A DNA stretch of 64,000 bases from Kofleriaceae bacterium (lineage in GTDB: Bacteria > Myxococcota_A > Polyangia > Haliangiales > Haliangiaceae), in assembly GCA_965215005.1 (NCBI GenBank), contig CBDCCZ010000038.1:132458-196457 (forward strand), written 5' to 3'. Each line of letters opens with the position of its first letter. Position 1 is the stretch's first letter. A program made the position numbers and the translations under genes. Positions 51,035-63,474 of the stretch are shown here, piece by piece. The notes beneath the pieces are model-generated. The model did no database searches and was not told where the DNA came from. It saw only the letters and a program-made list of their open reading frames with translations.

Positions 51035-52707
51035 TCAGGCCTTGCGAGGAATCTCGCCGCGGCTTAGCCGGGCGACGTATCGTCGATAGGCGCTGACGGC
51101 CTTGGTGGCCAAAGATCAGCGTGATGGGAATGTTGGCCCACAGCATCACGCCGGTGCCCAGGCTCGAGAGCGAATCGAGAGCTTCGTCAGTGGTGATGAA
51201 ACCGGCGCAGGCGACCGCGACGAGCGCGCAAAACACGATGCGATAGGCGGTCACCGCGCGCTCGCCAATCAAGTAGACGATTCCTTGTTCGCCGTAATAG
51301 CTCCAGGAAATCATCGTTGAGAGCGCAAATAGCCACGCTGCAAGGGTCACGACCCAGCGGCCCAGGCCCGGTTGCACGCGATCGAACGCATGGCTCGTCA
51401 AGCCGGCGCCGAGATAGGTGCGGTAGATCGCTGGCTGTTGCCAAGTGGGTGCTGCCGGCGCTTCGATGGGGGCGAAGTCGACGCGGTAGCCGCTGTCGGT
51501 GCGGTTGACATTGCCGCTGGCGCGGACGTTGGTGACGCCCGTCTGGGCCGGCGAGCTGCACGACAGTGAAGACCACGTCATTGCCTTGCGGCCACCCTTC
51601 GGGTCGCTCAGGGAGCGGTGCCGCGGCGATTTGCCAGCGTCCATCCCCCACGTCGCTGATCGTTGGCGTCGATGGCAGCATCGCTTCGGGCTCGCGGTTC
51701 CACGCGCCGCTGGTGAGAATTACCAGCGCGGTGATGGTGCATACCAGCAGGGTGTCGATGAAGGGCTCGAGTCCGGCAACGATGCCTTCACTCACCGGTT
51801 CACTCGTGCGCGCTGCCGAGTGTGCAATGGGCGAAGAGCCTTGCCCTGCCTCATTGGAGAACAGTGCGCGCTTCATGCCCCAAGCAAAGGCATACCCAGC
51901 CGTTCCACCGACGAATGCCCCATGGGCTTCGAGTGGTGAAAATGCGCCGCGAACGATGAGCGCAAACGTCGATGGAATCAGCTCGACGTTGACGGCAAGA
52001 ACGTAAAGCGCGGCGAGCAGATAGATGCCGCACATCAGCGGCACCAGGGCACCCGCAACGGCACCAATGCGGCGAATGCCGCCGAGGATGACCAATGCGA
52101 CCAGCACCGTGAGAATGACGCCGGTGACCATGCTCGGAACGCCAAAGCTCTGCTCGGTGACCACGGCGACGTTCCAGGCCTGAAACATGTTGCCGCTGGT
52201 GATGGCCGAGACCAGCAGAGTTACGCAAAAGATGCTGCCTACGATGCCGCCCAGCCAGCGCCACTTCGGCCCCATGGCGGCGAAGCCGCGTTGCGCCACC
52301 CACATGGGTCCACCGTGAGGTTCGCTACCCTCGGGCGTGGAGCGATAGAGCATGCTCAGCGTGACCTCGGTGAGCTTGAGCGCCATGCCCACGAAGCCAA
52401 CCACCCACATCCAAAACACCGCTCCGGGACCGCCGAGCGCCACCGCTAACGCAACGCCGCCGATGTTGCCGAGCCCCACGGTCGCCGATAACGCCGCCGA
52501 CAACGCTTGGAAGTGGGTCAGTGCGCCGGGCGCATTGCCGACCTGGTAGCGCCCGCGAACCAGCTGCACGCCGTGCGTTATGGAGCGAAACTGCGCTACG
52601 CCGGTCCATAGCGTGAACAAAACGCCGGTGGCCAAGACGATGTAGAGAACCCATGGATGCCACAGGATGTCGTTGACGCGGCCCAGGGCGGCGAAGAGAG
52701 TTTGCAT
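51035..52707 (-). pseudogene. Alanine/glycine:cation symporter (AgcS), two +1 frameshifts near 51540 and 51101 (possibly sequencing errors)
   Basis: ATVGLGNIGGVA, GGPGAVFWMW, FSNEAGQGS, then FALSTMISWSYYGE in a second frame and AVSAYRRYVARL..* in a third. Confidence 0.85.
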
Positions 52708-52854
52708 GGCGGTGGGGCGCGTGTGTGCAGAGTACGTGCCACGGCCCCTGGGATGTGTGACGTCGCTGCGTGCCCCGTTTCGCTACACGGGGCGGATTTC
52801 CCCACGCAAATCAGACCATCGCTGCGTTCGGCGCAGCCTGCTGGAGCACAGCGG

Positions 52855-53742
52855 TCACGATGGCGTGTGGAGCCGCAGGTAGCGGAGCAGATCTTGATGA
52901 ATGCCCTTGACCGCGTTCTCTAGGGCTTCCCGGCGGTGCATCGGCAGATACGCGCGATTGAAGCTGCCGCGCGGGATTTGCACCTTGGCGCCACCGCTCA
53001 CGAACGAGAGCATCTTGCCGCGGGCATCGGAGACGGCCACTCGAAGCTGTACCTCGACCTCGACATAGCGGCCCGCTGCGCGAGCTTCGTAGCCAACGAT
53101 GGCGAGGTCGAGCTGATAGTGCGCCAGTTGCCCTCGCTTGGCTTCGCGCGCATCGGTGGTGATCTGCGGGGACCGCTGCAGCTCCGTGGTCATCATGGCT
53201 CGCGCCTCGGTGGCGCGCTTGCCGCGCAGACGAGCCTGCGCTGTTCCCGGTGATTGGTCGCGCGCGGTGCGGACGACCACGTAGACCTCGGGATTGTCGG
53301 GAAGCGCGCGCGGCTGGTTACCAAAGCCGGGGCGTCTGCCGCGAGCTGGTTTTTTGGCCTTGGCGGACCGAGCGGCGCGGATGGCAGCAATGGCATCGCG
53401 GGCGCGATCGCGGACCATTTCATCTCGGTCACGGGTCGCTCGCTGCAGCGATGCGAGCGCGCTGGCATCACCTAACCGCCCGAGCGCGGCGGCGGCCACG
53501 GCGCGCACCACGCGGTGCTCGTCTCGTAGCGCCGCTATCAGCGGTCGCAGCGTGCGTGGATGGCCGAGCCTGCCGAGCGACACCGCGGCGCCGATGCGCG
53601 CCTTGTGCTGCTTGGACGAAGCCAGAGTTCGGGCCAAGTCGTCGACGGTGGCGGCGGTGGCATCCGCTGGAGCTTCGGCGTGCGCGGGAGAAGTCGCCAT
53701 CAGCGCCGCAGTGACGAAAGCCAAGAAGACGGTACAGCGCAT
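52855..53742 (-). CDS. Secreted HEAT-repeat protein
   Basis: Signal ..AHA; repeats LIAALRDE..VRAVAAAALGRLGD. Confidence 0.8.
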   Translation of the reverse strand: MRCTVFLAFVTAALMATSPAHAEAPADATAATVDDLARTLASSKQHKARIGAAVSLGRLGHPRTLRPLIAALRDEHRVVRAVAAAALGRLGDASALASLQRATRDRDEMVRDRARDAIAAIRAARSAKAKKPARGRRPGFGNQPRALPDNPEVYVVVRTARDQSPGTAQARLRGKRATEARAMMTTELQRSPQITTDAREAKRGQLAHYQLDLAIVGYEARAAGRYVEVEVQLRVAVSDARGKMLSFVSGGAKVQIPRGSFNRAYLPMHRREALENAVKGIHQDLLRYLRLHTPS

Positions 53743-54037
53743 GTTGGTAATGGGCAGCGAAGCGCGAATGCCGCCTCTGTTGCCGGTTCTATGATTACGC
53801 CGGTCGATGCCCGATGAGTCAATCTTCGACTGACTGACCATGGCAGTTTTTGCAGCCCACACCTGTGGCCGCCGGTAGTGCTGTGTGCGTTGCGCGCTAG
53901 TGCGACGCCGTGAACCACTAGCCGCGGGTTGCAATCGTGTATCGTCGTTGCGTGGAGCACGTCATCGCAGTCGTGCTGGCTGTAGGGAAGTCTCCTCCTG
54001 CCCGCGCCGTGGCTTCTTCGAGCGTAGCCAATAGAAG

Positions 54038-54940
54038 ATGCCGATGACTCAGTCCCCAGACGCCACGTCCGTGCTTCCGAGACTGAGCGATTCGCTGTTT
54101 GGCGTGGGTGTCGTCGTGGTTTGCGCTGCCATGATCATTGCGCTCGCGTGGCTGCGGTTCTTCGGCGAGGTGACGGTACCCGCGATGCCGCCGCGACCGT
54201 CGCTGGGGAACGTTGATGTCAACGAGGTGACGCAAGGGCTGGCCAGTCATGAGGCAACCTATCGCGCCGCCATCGCCAAAGACGTCTCGCGCTATGGAGT
54301 TGCGAGCATTGACGTGAGCGCAATGGCTGCTCCGTGGCCATACCAGAGCCAGAAAATCAGCCAGCCGTTGGATCCGGCGCGGCGCGAAACCGTGCGTGCC
54401 GCTGGGCTGCTGCTTACCGCCGAGGTGCGACGGAGCGAAGGGCAGGTGCATCCGCAGATGGTGCTCGTCATCGACAACACCACGGCACGCGATCTCGCCT
54501 ATCGCGTGGCGACGCGTCCGGTTCCCGGCGGCCAGCGCTGCCAGGGCAAGCGTGAGCTCATGCATGACGCGGTGGTGGTGCCAGCCAACGGCCGTGTGGA
54601 GCGCAGCGAGTGCATCTTCAAACGCGGTTGGTCGCTTGTGATTGACGAGGTCGAGACCATGGCGCTCCCGGAGCTCGCGGCGGTTTGGGCGAGCCTGATC
54701 CCGCCCGAGGTCGCGGGGATCGATCCGCGCATCGGGCGTGGCCACCGACCGCGCGCCGGCGCCATCTGCTCGCTGGTGAGCTCGGCGGCGGAGCGCAATC
54801 TTCTCGAGTCAGGCGCCACCCGGTGGCGCGACGTCATCGATTTCTACAGCCGCCATCGCTGCGGGACGTACCGCTTTCCGCGGGGTTACCGCGCTTTCGA
54901 GGGGCCAGGCGCCCTCTCACTGCCAGCGGTAGGTGAATGA
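54038..54940 (+). CDS. Hypothetical membrane-anchored protein
   Basis: N-terminal TM and several Cys; long ORF with typical codon pattern. Confidence 0.65.
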   Translation: MPMTQSPDATSVLPRLSDSLFGVGVVVVCAAMIIALAWLRFFGEVTVPAMPPRPSLGNVDVNEVTQGLASHEATYRAAIAKDVSRYGVASIDVSAMAAPWPYQSQKISQPLDPARRETVRAAGLLLTAEVRRSEGQVHPQMVLVIDNTTARDLAYRVATRPVPGGQRCQGKRELMHDAVVVPANGRVERSECIFKRGWSLVIDEVETMALPELAAVWASLIPPEVAGIDPRIGRGHRPRAGAICSLVSSAAERNLLESGATRWRDVIDFYSRHRCGTYRFPRGYRAFEGPGALSLPAVGE

Positions 54941-55050
54941 GGTTCCATGAAGTTTCGCATGGTTCCCAGTCCTCCGCGTCGAAGAAGGTGTTGCATAAGC
55001 ACTGCAACTTCGGCTATCGTTTCGACAACTTAGGCGGAGTTGCCGGTATT

Positions 55051-55440
<390 letters not shown>

Positions 55441-55477
55441 GGCAGCTTTCGCGACTCACGGCTGATTCGTGAACCGC

Positions 55478-57511
55478 TCAGGGTGCCGTGCTGCCGCCTC
55501 CGTCGCGGCGCACTACCAAGCCGGCATCGCCGTCGATCCAGAGCGGCGTATCGTCGCCGATTCCATCCCACACTCCGGGGCAGCCGACGACGCACGGGAT
55601 GCCGAGCTCGCGCGCCATCGCCGGGCCGTGATCCAAGAGCGTGCCGTGCTCGCTCACCAGCGCGACGGCATTGGCGAGCAGCACCGCCATCGCTGGCGTC
55701 ATGGCGAGGGTTACCAGCACCGAACCCGGCGCGAGCTGCGGCAGCTCGGCAAGCTCTGAGAGTCGCACCGCAATGCCCGTTACGCGCGCGCCGGCGCCGT
55801 GTCCTCGCCACATGCTGCCGCTGGTCATGGGCGTGGACAGGGCGATGCCGCCGGCGATGACGAGCGGCATTGCCCAGCGCCGCTGATACTCACGCTCGGC
55901 GCGCGCGGTTGCTGCCGCGGCAGCAATTGCTGCCGCATCGAGCGCGGGCTCGAGCAGCGATTCGAGCGGCACATAGAAGATGTCGCTTGGCTCCGGCAGC
56001 CGCTTGGCCTCGGCAATTCGCAAAAGCGTTCGGCGCACCGCGGCGTGCGCACGGGCATAGAGGCGATCGTCGAGCTCGCCGATATCGCGCGCCAGCCGGG
56101 CCATCGCTAGCACCGCATCGAACGCAATACGCTGGTCCGCCGGCAATGCATCGCGGTGGTGCCGAGCGACCTCGCGGCCGCGCGGCGGCGGATGGTTCCA
56201 GCTCTGCACGGCAGCACGAAGCGCACTCGGACGCTCGGCAAAGGTCGCGACCGCGACGTCCCACGCCGGAGCCATGTCGCCGACCTCGGCGAGCAGCGCT
56301 TCGAACGCCAGCTCGCCGCGTGCGCATTGCGCCAGCAGGGTCTCGAAGCGCGCGGGGGAGGCGTCCGCGAGCATGGCGGCGGCTCGAGCCTCATCGCCGA
56401 GATGACGCGACAAGCCGTGCCGCGCCGTGCTCACGAGCGGCGATAGCGCGGTGTAGTGGCGATAGAACTGCTCAAAGCCGGCTAGCACCACAGGCAGGGC
56501 AGGACAGCCCGCCGTCATAGTAGTGAGCGCCTCCTCCATCCGCTGCTGCGCACTCTGCCACGCCGCCTCTAGCTCGACGTGCGAGACGTGCGCGGTCACC
56601 GCATCGCTCGATTCTTTGGTTTCGCGATAGTAAAGATAGCCGCCAACGATGCGCATGGTCGGCGCTTCCAGCTCATCAAGAACGCGATTTCCACGCTCCA
56701 CCAGCCCCTGCTGCGCGAGCGACAGCGGGTCGGGGTTGTGGCGCGCGTCCCACTTCCAGCGAGCCTCTGGCTGGGCGCGTGAGAATGCAAGAATCGCCGG
56801 TGGCGGGGACGTTCGAGCGCCGGCGGGATGAATGATCGGCCTTGCTTGCACGATCTGCGGCGCGTGCTCGCCGCGGCCCTCACTATCGCGACGAATTACG
56901 AGCTCGACGTCGGCGCCGGCCGTGGCACCGATGGCGGCCTCGGCGGCGAGCGCTGCGGCTACCTCGGGGCTGGCGGCGCCTCGGCTGCAAACGCGCATGG
57001 CCTCGGCATCGCGTATCCAAACCTCGTCGGCGCTGCGCTGCCCCGGCGGCCGCGTGTAGATCACCAGTCGCTCACCCGCGACGTATTGCTGAACGATCAC
57101 CGCCATGCCCGCTCGGGCTTCGATGCCGCGTGCCCGTGCGTACGCTGCGACCACCTGTGCGCTTCGCGACGCGCGCACCTTGGCGATGGCTGCCAGCACC
57201 TCTTCGCTTTGGCACTCGCGGGACTCGAACAATCCGGGCGCGCCGGCGCTCACGCTATCTTCGATGGTCGCGGAAGAGCGCACGATCAGCGAAGCGCCGA
57301 GTCGCTTGGCGCGCGCGAGCACCCACTCGGCGAGCTCGGGCGGTAGCACATCACCGGTGAAGGCAGCGTGCGCGATGACCAAGCCTGGCGGAACCGCCAG
57401 TCCAGCGCGCACCAGCGTCGCGAGATTGGTCGCCTTGCCACCGATCTCAGCAACGCTGCGCGGCTCCACCGCCAGCTCTTCGAGCTCAAAGACCGCACGC
57501 ATGGTCGCCAT
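55478..57511 (-). CDS. PEP-utilising enzyme (ATP-grasp, central domain, C-terminal swivel His domain; rifamycin-phosphotransferase-like order)
   Basis: GGKATNL, VRSSATIED, IVQARPI; C-terminal GTLLDHGPAMARELGIPCVVG. Confidence 0.8.
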   Translation of the reverse strand: MATMRAVFELEELAVEPRSVAEIGGKATNLATLVRAGLAVPPGLVIAHAAFTGDVLPPELAEWVLARAKRLGASLIVRSSATIEDSVSAGAPGLFESRECQSEEVLAAIAKVRASRSAQVVAAYARARGIEARAGMAVIVQQYVAGERLVIYTRPPGQRSADEVWIRDAEAMRVCSRGAASPEVAAALAAEAAIGATAGADVELVIRRDSEGRGEHAPQIVQARPIIHPAGARTSPPPAILAFSRAQPEARWKWDARHNPDPLSLAQQGLVERGNRVLDELEAPTMRIVGGYLYYRETKESSDAVTAHVSHVELEAAWQSAQQRMEEALTTMTAGCPALPVVLAGFEQFYRHYTALSPLVSTARHGLSRHLGDEARAAAMLADASPARFETLLAQCARGELAFEALLAEVGDMAPAWDVAVATFAERPSALRAAVQSWNHPPPRGREVARHHRDALPADQRIAFDAVLAMARLARDIGELDDRLYARAHAAVRRTLLRIAEAKRLPEPSDIFYVPLESLLEPALDAAAIAAAAATARAEREYQRRWAMPLVIAGGIALSTPMTSGSMWRGHGAGARVTGIAVRLSELAELPQLAPGSVLVTLAMTPAMAVLLANAVALVSEHGTLLDHGPAMARELGIPCVVGCPGVWDGIGDDTPLWIDGDAGLVVRRDGGGSTAP

Positions 57512-57636
57512 GGTACTCGGCGCGGCAGGAGCGTGCCGAGCCGATGTCTGTTGCGCGCGCGCCGCGTTGGCGCCATCACGAGCGAACCGAGACATCATCG
57601 CAGAGCCGCTGGCGCTCACCTGTCACCCTCGGCATA

Positions 57637-58104
57637 ATGCCGCTCTTCATGCTCGGCCCGCTGTTCTCGACTCAGCTCCTCAACGCGTTGTCGCAGGCGC
57701 TGCGATTCGAACCCAACGCCGCAGCCACAATCGCCGTGGTCGATCAGCCGCGCGTGGGCAAAGCAATGGCGGAACGCGGCGCGGCGGTCATCAACATCTC
57801 GTCGCGGCTGCGGTCGTTGCGACGGCACGGCGGCATGCGTCTCTATAGCAACGCCGGCGCGCTGCCGTTGAGGTCGGGCACGCTGGACGCGTTGATCGGC
57901 TTTGGCTCCGGTGCGCGGGATGATTGGCCCGAGCTGCTGGCCGAGTGGTCGCGGCCGGTTCGCGATGGCGGCACGCTCATTCTCGTCGACAAAGCCGTGG
58001 CCTCCGAGATGACTCGCAGGGCCTTGTGCGCGCATCTAGCAGAGATTGAGCAGCGAGCCGCGAGCCGCAGCGTCGTCACCAGCGGCCTGGTCAGCAAGCT
58101 GTAG
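57637..58104 (+). CDS. Methyltransferase-fold-like hypothetical protein
   Basis: AGALPLRSGTLDA..EWSRPVRDGG resembles the class I SAM-MTase C-terminal motifs; motif I is degenerate. Confidence 0.5.
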   Translation: MPLFMLGPLFSTQLLNALSQALRFEPNAAATIAVVDQPRVGKAMAERGAAVINISSRLRSLRRHGGMRLYSNAGALPLRSGTLDALIGFGSGARDDWPELLAEWSRPVRDGGTLILVDKAVASEMTRRALCAHLAEIEQRAASRSVVTSGLVSKL

Positions 58105-58152
58105 GTCCCGCAGCCAGCTTTCTGGCTGCGGTATCGATCTCTGCGCGGCGGT

Positions 58153-60738
58153 TCAGCCGTCGCCGCCGAGATCGATCAACTCTTCGCCCTCTTCCGGGCG
58201 ATGCACACGGCTGCGGTAGACGAGCGGCATCGGCGGCCCGTGGCGGCCGAGCTTGTGATCCCCTCGATCGCGAGGATTGACGCCATCGGGAACTTCCCAC
58301 GGAACCTCGAGGTTCGGATGCCCCTCGGTCGCTTCGACCATGAAGCGTGTCCACAGCGGCACCACGGTGATGTACGCGGCGTCGCTCTTGCCGAGCGGCC
58401 TAACCCGAAGATCATCGCCGAGCCAAACGCTGGTGATCCAGCGGGAGGTGTATGCGACATAGGTCGTGTCCATGGTGGCGCTCGAGGTGCCGGTCTTGCC
58501 CGCGGCTTCGATACCCGTCTGGCGACTCACCGTCGCAAACCCATGGCGAACCTCTTGCGCGAGCAGCTTGTTCATCAGATAGCCCGTTCGCGCAGCGACT
58601 GCCTGTGGAGGCCGATCGCCGGCGGTCATCGCGAGCCGGTCGAGCCGATCAGCGGGCGGGAGCTGGGGATCGTAATGAACTGTGTGATCCTCGAGAAGCG
58701 TTCCGCCGCGGTCGAAGATGCGCCGAATCCAGTGAAAATCGACCTTCTTGCCGTTCTGCGCGAACACCGCAAACGCCGCGGTCAGCTCGTGCAACAGCGT
58801 GCACGAGGCGCCGAGCGCCAGCGCTTGATCTGCAATGATGGTGGTCGTGAAGCCGAGCTTTCGCGCCCACTGCTCGACCTCTTTGGCACCGACCATCTTG
58901 AAAATCGCCACCGAGGGAACGTTCTTCGAAAACACCAGCGCGTACTCGAGCGTCACCTCGTTGTCGACCGTGTCGCCGAGGTTGGTCGGCGTCCAAATCT
59001 CGCCAGTCTCGGGATCGACCTCAGCGCGGGGAATGTCGTTGAGGATGGTGTCGTAGCCGTACCCCTGATCCAGCGCTAGCGCGTAGTAGATAGGCTTGTA
59101 GGTCGAGCCCGGCTGCCGGCAGGCTTGCACGGCGCGGTTGTATTCAGAGCGCGAAAAATCGGTGCCGCCCACCATCGCCAAGACGTATCCCGTCTGATGA
59201 TCCGCGGTGAGCAGCGCTGCCTGCGGATGCGGTACTTGCTCGAGCTGCACCGTCGTTAAGTCGTCGGCGCGGGGCTCGCGCGCTTCGCGCTCCGGTCGCC
59301 AGCGAGGATTGGAGCCCCCGGCGAGAAACCAATCGCGAAACTTGCCCACCGCGCCGCGCTCACCAAGCGACACCCACACCACGTCGCCCTCTTCGAGCGC
59401 CTCACGAGCGCTGCTAATCTCGCGGTCGTTGGTTGCATCAGTCGCCGACCACTTCGAGGCCCAGCGCATGTTGTCGAGCGGCAGCTGATACTGCGTAGCG
59501 CCGATTCGAACCGTGGCTCCAGACGAGCGCACTTCCTCCACGAGTGCCAGGTAGCGCTTGTTTGGCTTCAGCGGCTCCTCTCCATACAGCGCCTCCTGGC
59601 GCTTTGCGAACACCTCGCGAGCCTTGCCCTCGAGATACCACTCCGCGCCACGCCAGCCTTGCCGTTTGTCTTGCTTGCGGGCGCCAAAATCGACGTTCTC
59701 GTAGGCTAATGAATCGACCACCGGTGCCACCGTCGCCTCGACGCGCAGGCCGCCCGCCATCAAGGCTTCCTCGCCATACTTCTCGATCACCGAGCGGCGA
59801 ATGTGCTCGGCGAAATACGGCTCGCGGTCGGGGAATGGGTCGCGATACGGCGTGATCGTCAGCGGCTCGGTCTTGGCCGCCTCCGCTTCTTGCGCGGCGA
59901 TGAAGTCGTGCTCCACCATTCGGTCCAGCACCTGGTCGCGTCGCGCTTTGGCGCGTTTGCGATTGGCTAGCGGCGAGTAGCGCGACGGCGCCTGCGCCAG
60001 CCCAGCAATGGTCGCGGACTCGGCCAGCGACAACTCAGCCGGAAGCTTATCGAAGTAGCGCCGCGCCGCGGCCTTCACGCCATAGGCGCCGCTGCCGAGA
60101 TAGATATGATTTAGGTAGAGCGAGAGAATGGCGCGTTTGCTGTAGCGAGCCTCAAGCCGGCGCGCGACGATCGCTTCTTTGGCTTTGCGGGTGAGGGACT
60201 TCTCGCTGCCGAGGAACTGCTTGGCCACCTGTTGCGTGATGGTCGAGCCGCCTTGCTCGAAGTCGCCGGCTACCACGTTGGTCCAGGCTGCGCGCAAGAT
60301 GCCCTTGAAGTAGATGCCGCTGTGCTCGAAGAATTCGTGGTCTTCGATGGCGATGAACGCATCGACGAGGTTCTCGGGCATATCCTCAAACGGCATGATC
60401 TCCCGCCATTCGGTCGCAAACTCGGCGAGCAGAGTGCCGTCACTGGCGTAGATGCGGCTGACCGCAGGCGCAACCTGCGCATAGGTGCGCAAGTCCGGTG
60501 CTTCTGGAGCCTCATTGGCAAAATATCGGTAGGTCAAGAAGCCGCTGAAGAGGACCAGCGCGAGCAGCACCAGCGCGGCGAAGCCGTACAGCTTGAGCGT
60601 CCAGTAGAGAATGCCGCCGTCGGCGCGGTTGCCGATCCGCACTCGCGGCGGTGGCACCTCTAGCGGTGCTCGAATTGGTGCCTCATCCGGGGAGCTTACC
60701 GACGAAGAGGAATGCTTCTGCCGCGACTGATCGGCCAC
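58153..60738 (-). CDS. mrcA: Penicillin-binding protein 1A (transglycosylase/transpeptidase)
   Basis: AIEDHEF, QGGSTITQQ, RKAKE, SxxK (STYK), SKN, GKTGT. Confidence 0.95.
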   Translation of the reverse strand: MADQSRQKHSSSSVSSPDEAPIRAPLEVPPPRVRIGNRADGGILYWTLKLYGFAALVLLALVLFSGFLTYRYFANEAPEAPDLRTYAQVAPAVSRIYASDGTLLAEFATEWREIMPFEDMPENLVDAFIAIEDHEFFEHSGIYFKGILRAAWTNVVAGDFEQGGSTITQQVAKQFLGSEKSLTRKAKEAIVARRLEARYSKRAILSLYLNHIYLGSGAYGVKAAARRYFDKLPAELSLAESATIAGLAQAPSRYSPLANRKRAKARRDQVLDRMVEHDFIAAQEAEAAKTEPLTITPYRDPFPDREPYFAEHIRRSVIEKYGEEALMAGGLRVEATVAPVVDSLAYENVDFGARKQDKRQGWRGAEWYLEGKAREVFAKRQEALYGEEPLKPNKRYLALVEEVRSSGATVRIGATQYQLPLDNMRWASKWSATDATNDREISSAREALEEGDVVWVSLGERGAVGKFRDWFLAGGSNPRWRPEREAREPRADDLTTVQLEQVPHPQAALLTADHQTGYVLAMVGGTDFSRSEYNRAVQACRQPGSTYKPIYYALALDQGYGYDTILNDIPRAEVDPETGEIWTPTNLGDTVDNEVTLEYALVFSKNVPSVAIFKMVGAKEVEQWARKLGFTTTIIADQALALGASCTLLHELTAAFAVFAQNGKKVDFHWIRRIFDRGGTLLEDHTVHYDPQLPPADRLDRLAMTAGDRPPQAVAARTGYLMNKLLAQEVRHGFATVSRQTGIEAAGKTGTSSATMDTTYVAYTSRWITSVWLGDDLRVRPLGKSDAAYITVVPLWTRFMVEATEGHPNLEVPWEVPDGVNPRDRGDHKLGRHGPPMPLVYRSRVHRPEEGEELIDLGGDG

Positions 60739-60832
60739 TAGCGCGCCAGTTTACCCTCGTTGGCCAGCGGCTACCACTGCCAGCTGGCCGGTCGGCAATT
60801 CGTTCGCTGGCGCGCCTCAGCGCGGTGCTCCT

Positions 60833-61495
60833 TCACGCGGCGCAGGCTGCTAAGTCGGCGATTGCACTGTCATGACGAAGGCATTCCACCCGGCGGCGGA
60901 GTTGGGCGCGAAGCTTGTGCTTTTTTGAGTAAACGGTCTTGACGCTGATGGCCATCGCCTCGGCTACGGCGCTGGCCTCGAGCCCGCGGCCGAAGTACAG
61001 GTCGAGAAACACGCGATCCTTGTCGCTGAGCTCGCCGACCAAACCGCCGAAGTGCGCCCATCGCTCTTTATCCAGCAGCTCGTCGAGCGGGGAGCGCACG
61101 GAGAGATCCTCACGGTCGAGCTGCTCGTCGAGTTGATCGAGCATGGGCCTTCGACCCACGGCGCGTAAGAAGTCGTACGCCGCGTTGCTGCTGATCATCC
61201 CGATCCACGAGCCGAGCTTGGTTCCGCGCGCGGGATCGAAGAGTCGCAGTCGGCGCATGTCATGACGGAGCAGGGCGAACAACACGTCGGCGAAGATTTC
61301 CTCGACGTCAGCCGCTGACACTGCTGTACCAAAGCGAGCCGTTACTTTGCCGATACAGCGATACACCAGGCCGCTGTAGCGACGCAGGAGCTCGTTCCAG
61401 CCGCAATCATCGCGTCGCAGCAAGGCTGCAAGTAGCTCCGCCTCGGTCCACTCGGCCGCCTGCTTCACCCCAAATCCTGCGCGTGCTGTCGACAT
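60833..61495 (-). CDS. ECF-type sigma-70 factor
   Basis: Region 2 (DVEEIF..WIGMISSNAAYDFLR) and region 4 (ISVKTVYSKKHK). Confidence 0.85.
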   Translation of the reverse strand: MSTARAGFGVKQAAEWTEAELLAALLRRDDCGWNELLRRYSGLVYRCIGKVTARFGTAVSAADVEEIFADVLFALLRHDMRRLRLFDPARGTKLGSWIGMISSNAAYDFLRAVGRRPMLDQLDEQLDREDLSVRSPLDELLDKERWAHFGGLVGELSDKDRVFLDLYFGRGLEASAVAEAMAISVKTVYSKKHKLRAQLRRRVECLRHDSAIADLAACAA

Positions 61496-61528
61496 TGCCC
61501 CTGCTCCTTTGGTCTGCGAGGGAGCGAG

Positions 61529-61619
61529 AGCAAGGGCAATGCCACTGCTAAGTACGCGGGTTTCGGTGCCTAGGTGGCGCTAGCGAGGTCGCCGCGACCA
61601 TCCATCGGTGGATTTCACC
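61529..61619 (-). promoter_or_regulatory. Sigma54 -24/-12 element TGGCATTGCCCTTGCT plus two palindromes upstream of the ECF gene
   Basis: -24/-12 at 61529-61544 (minus); GGTCG-CCG-CGACC 61587 and GGTGG-ATT-TCACC 61607, 20 bp apart. Confidence 0.65.
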
Positions 61620-61654
61620 AACGGCAAATTGTGGCAGCGACGGCTCGCAGCTCG

Positions 61655-63145
<1,491 letters not shown>

Positions 63146-63474
63146 CGAGTCCTCCTACCCGAGATGGTTGGCAAAGATTGCTCCGACTTCGGCCGCGACG
63201 AGGTCGGGCTCGAGATCGATGGAGATGAGGTGATAGCAGTCGCGGAGCGCGCGTTGGCAACGCTGCCGACGCTGCCGTACCAGTCGTGCCAGGTGGTCTT
63301 GGCGAGCAGCTCCGGGGTCTGAATGCAGAGGATGCCAAGGCGATCGCCAGGCAAATCAACGGGTGCGGGGTCCCCGGCCATGGCTCGGTCGTCCTATCAC
63401 ACCGATGGATACATTGACAGGGCCGCGGCTGGCAGAATAAAACCAGTAATACCCGAGGGATAGCGCGTCGGCTG

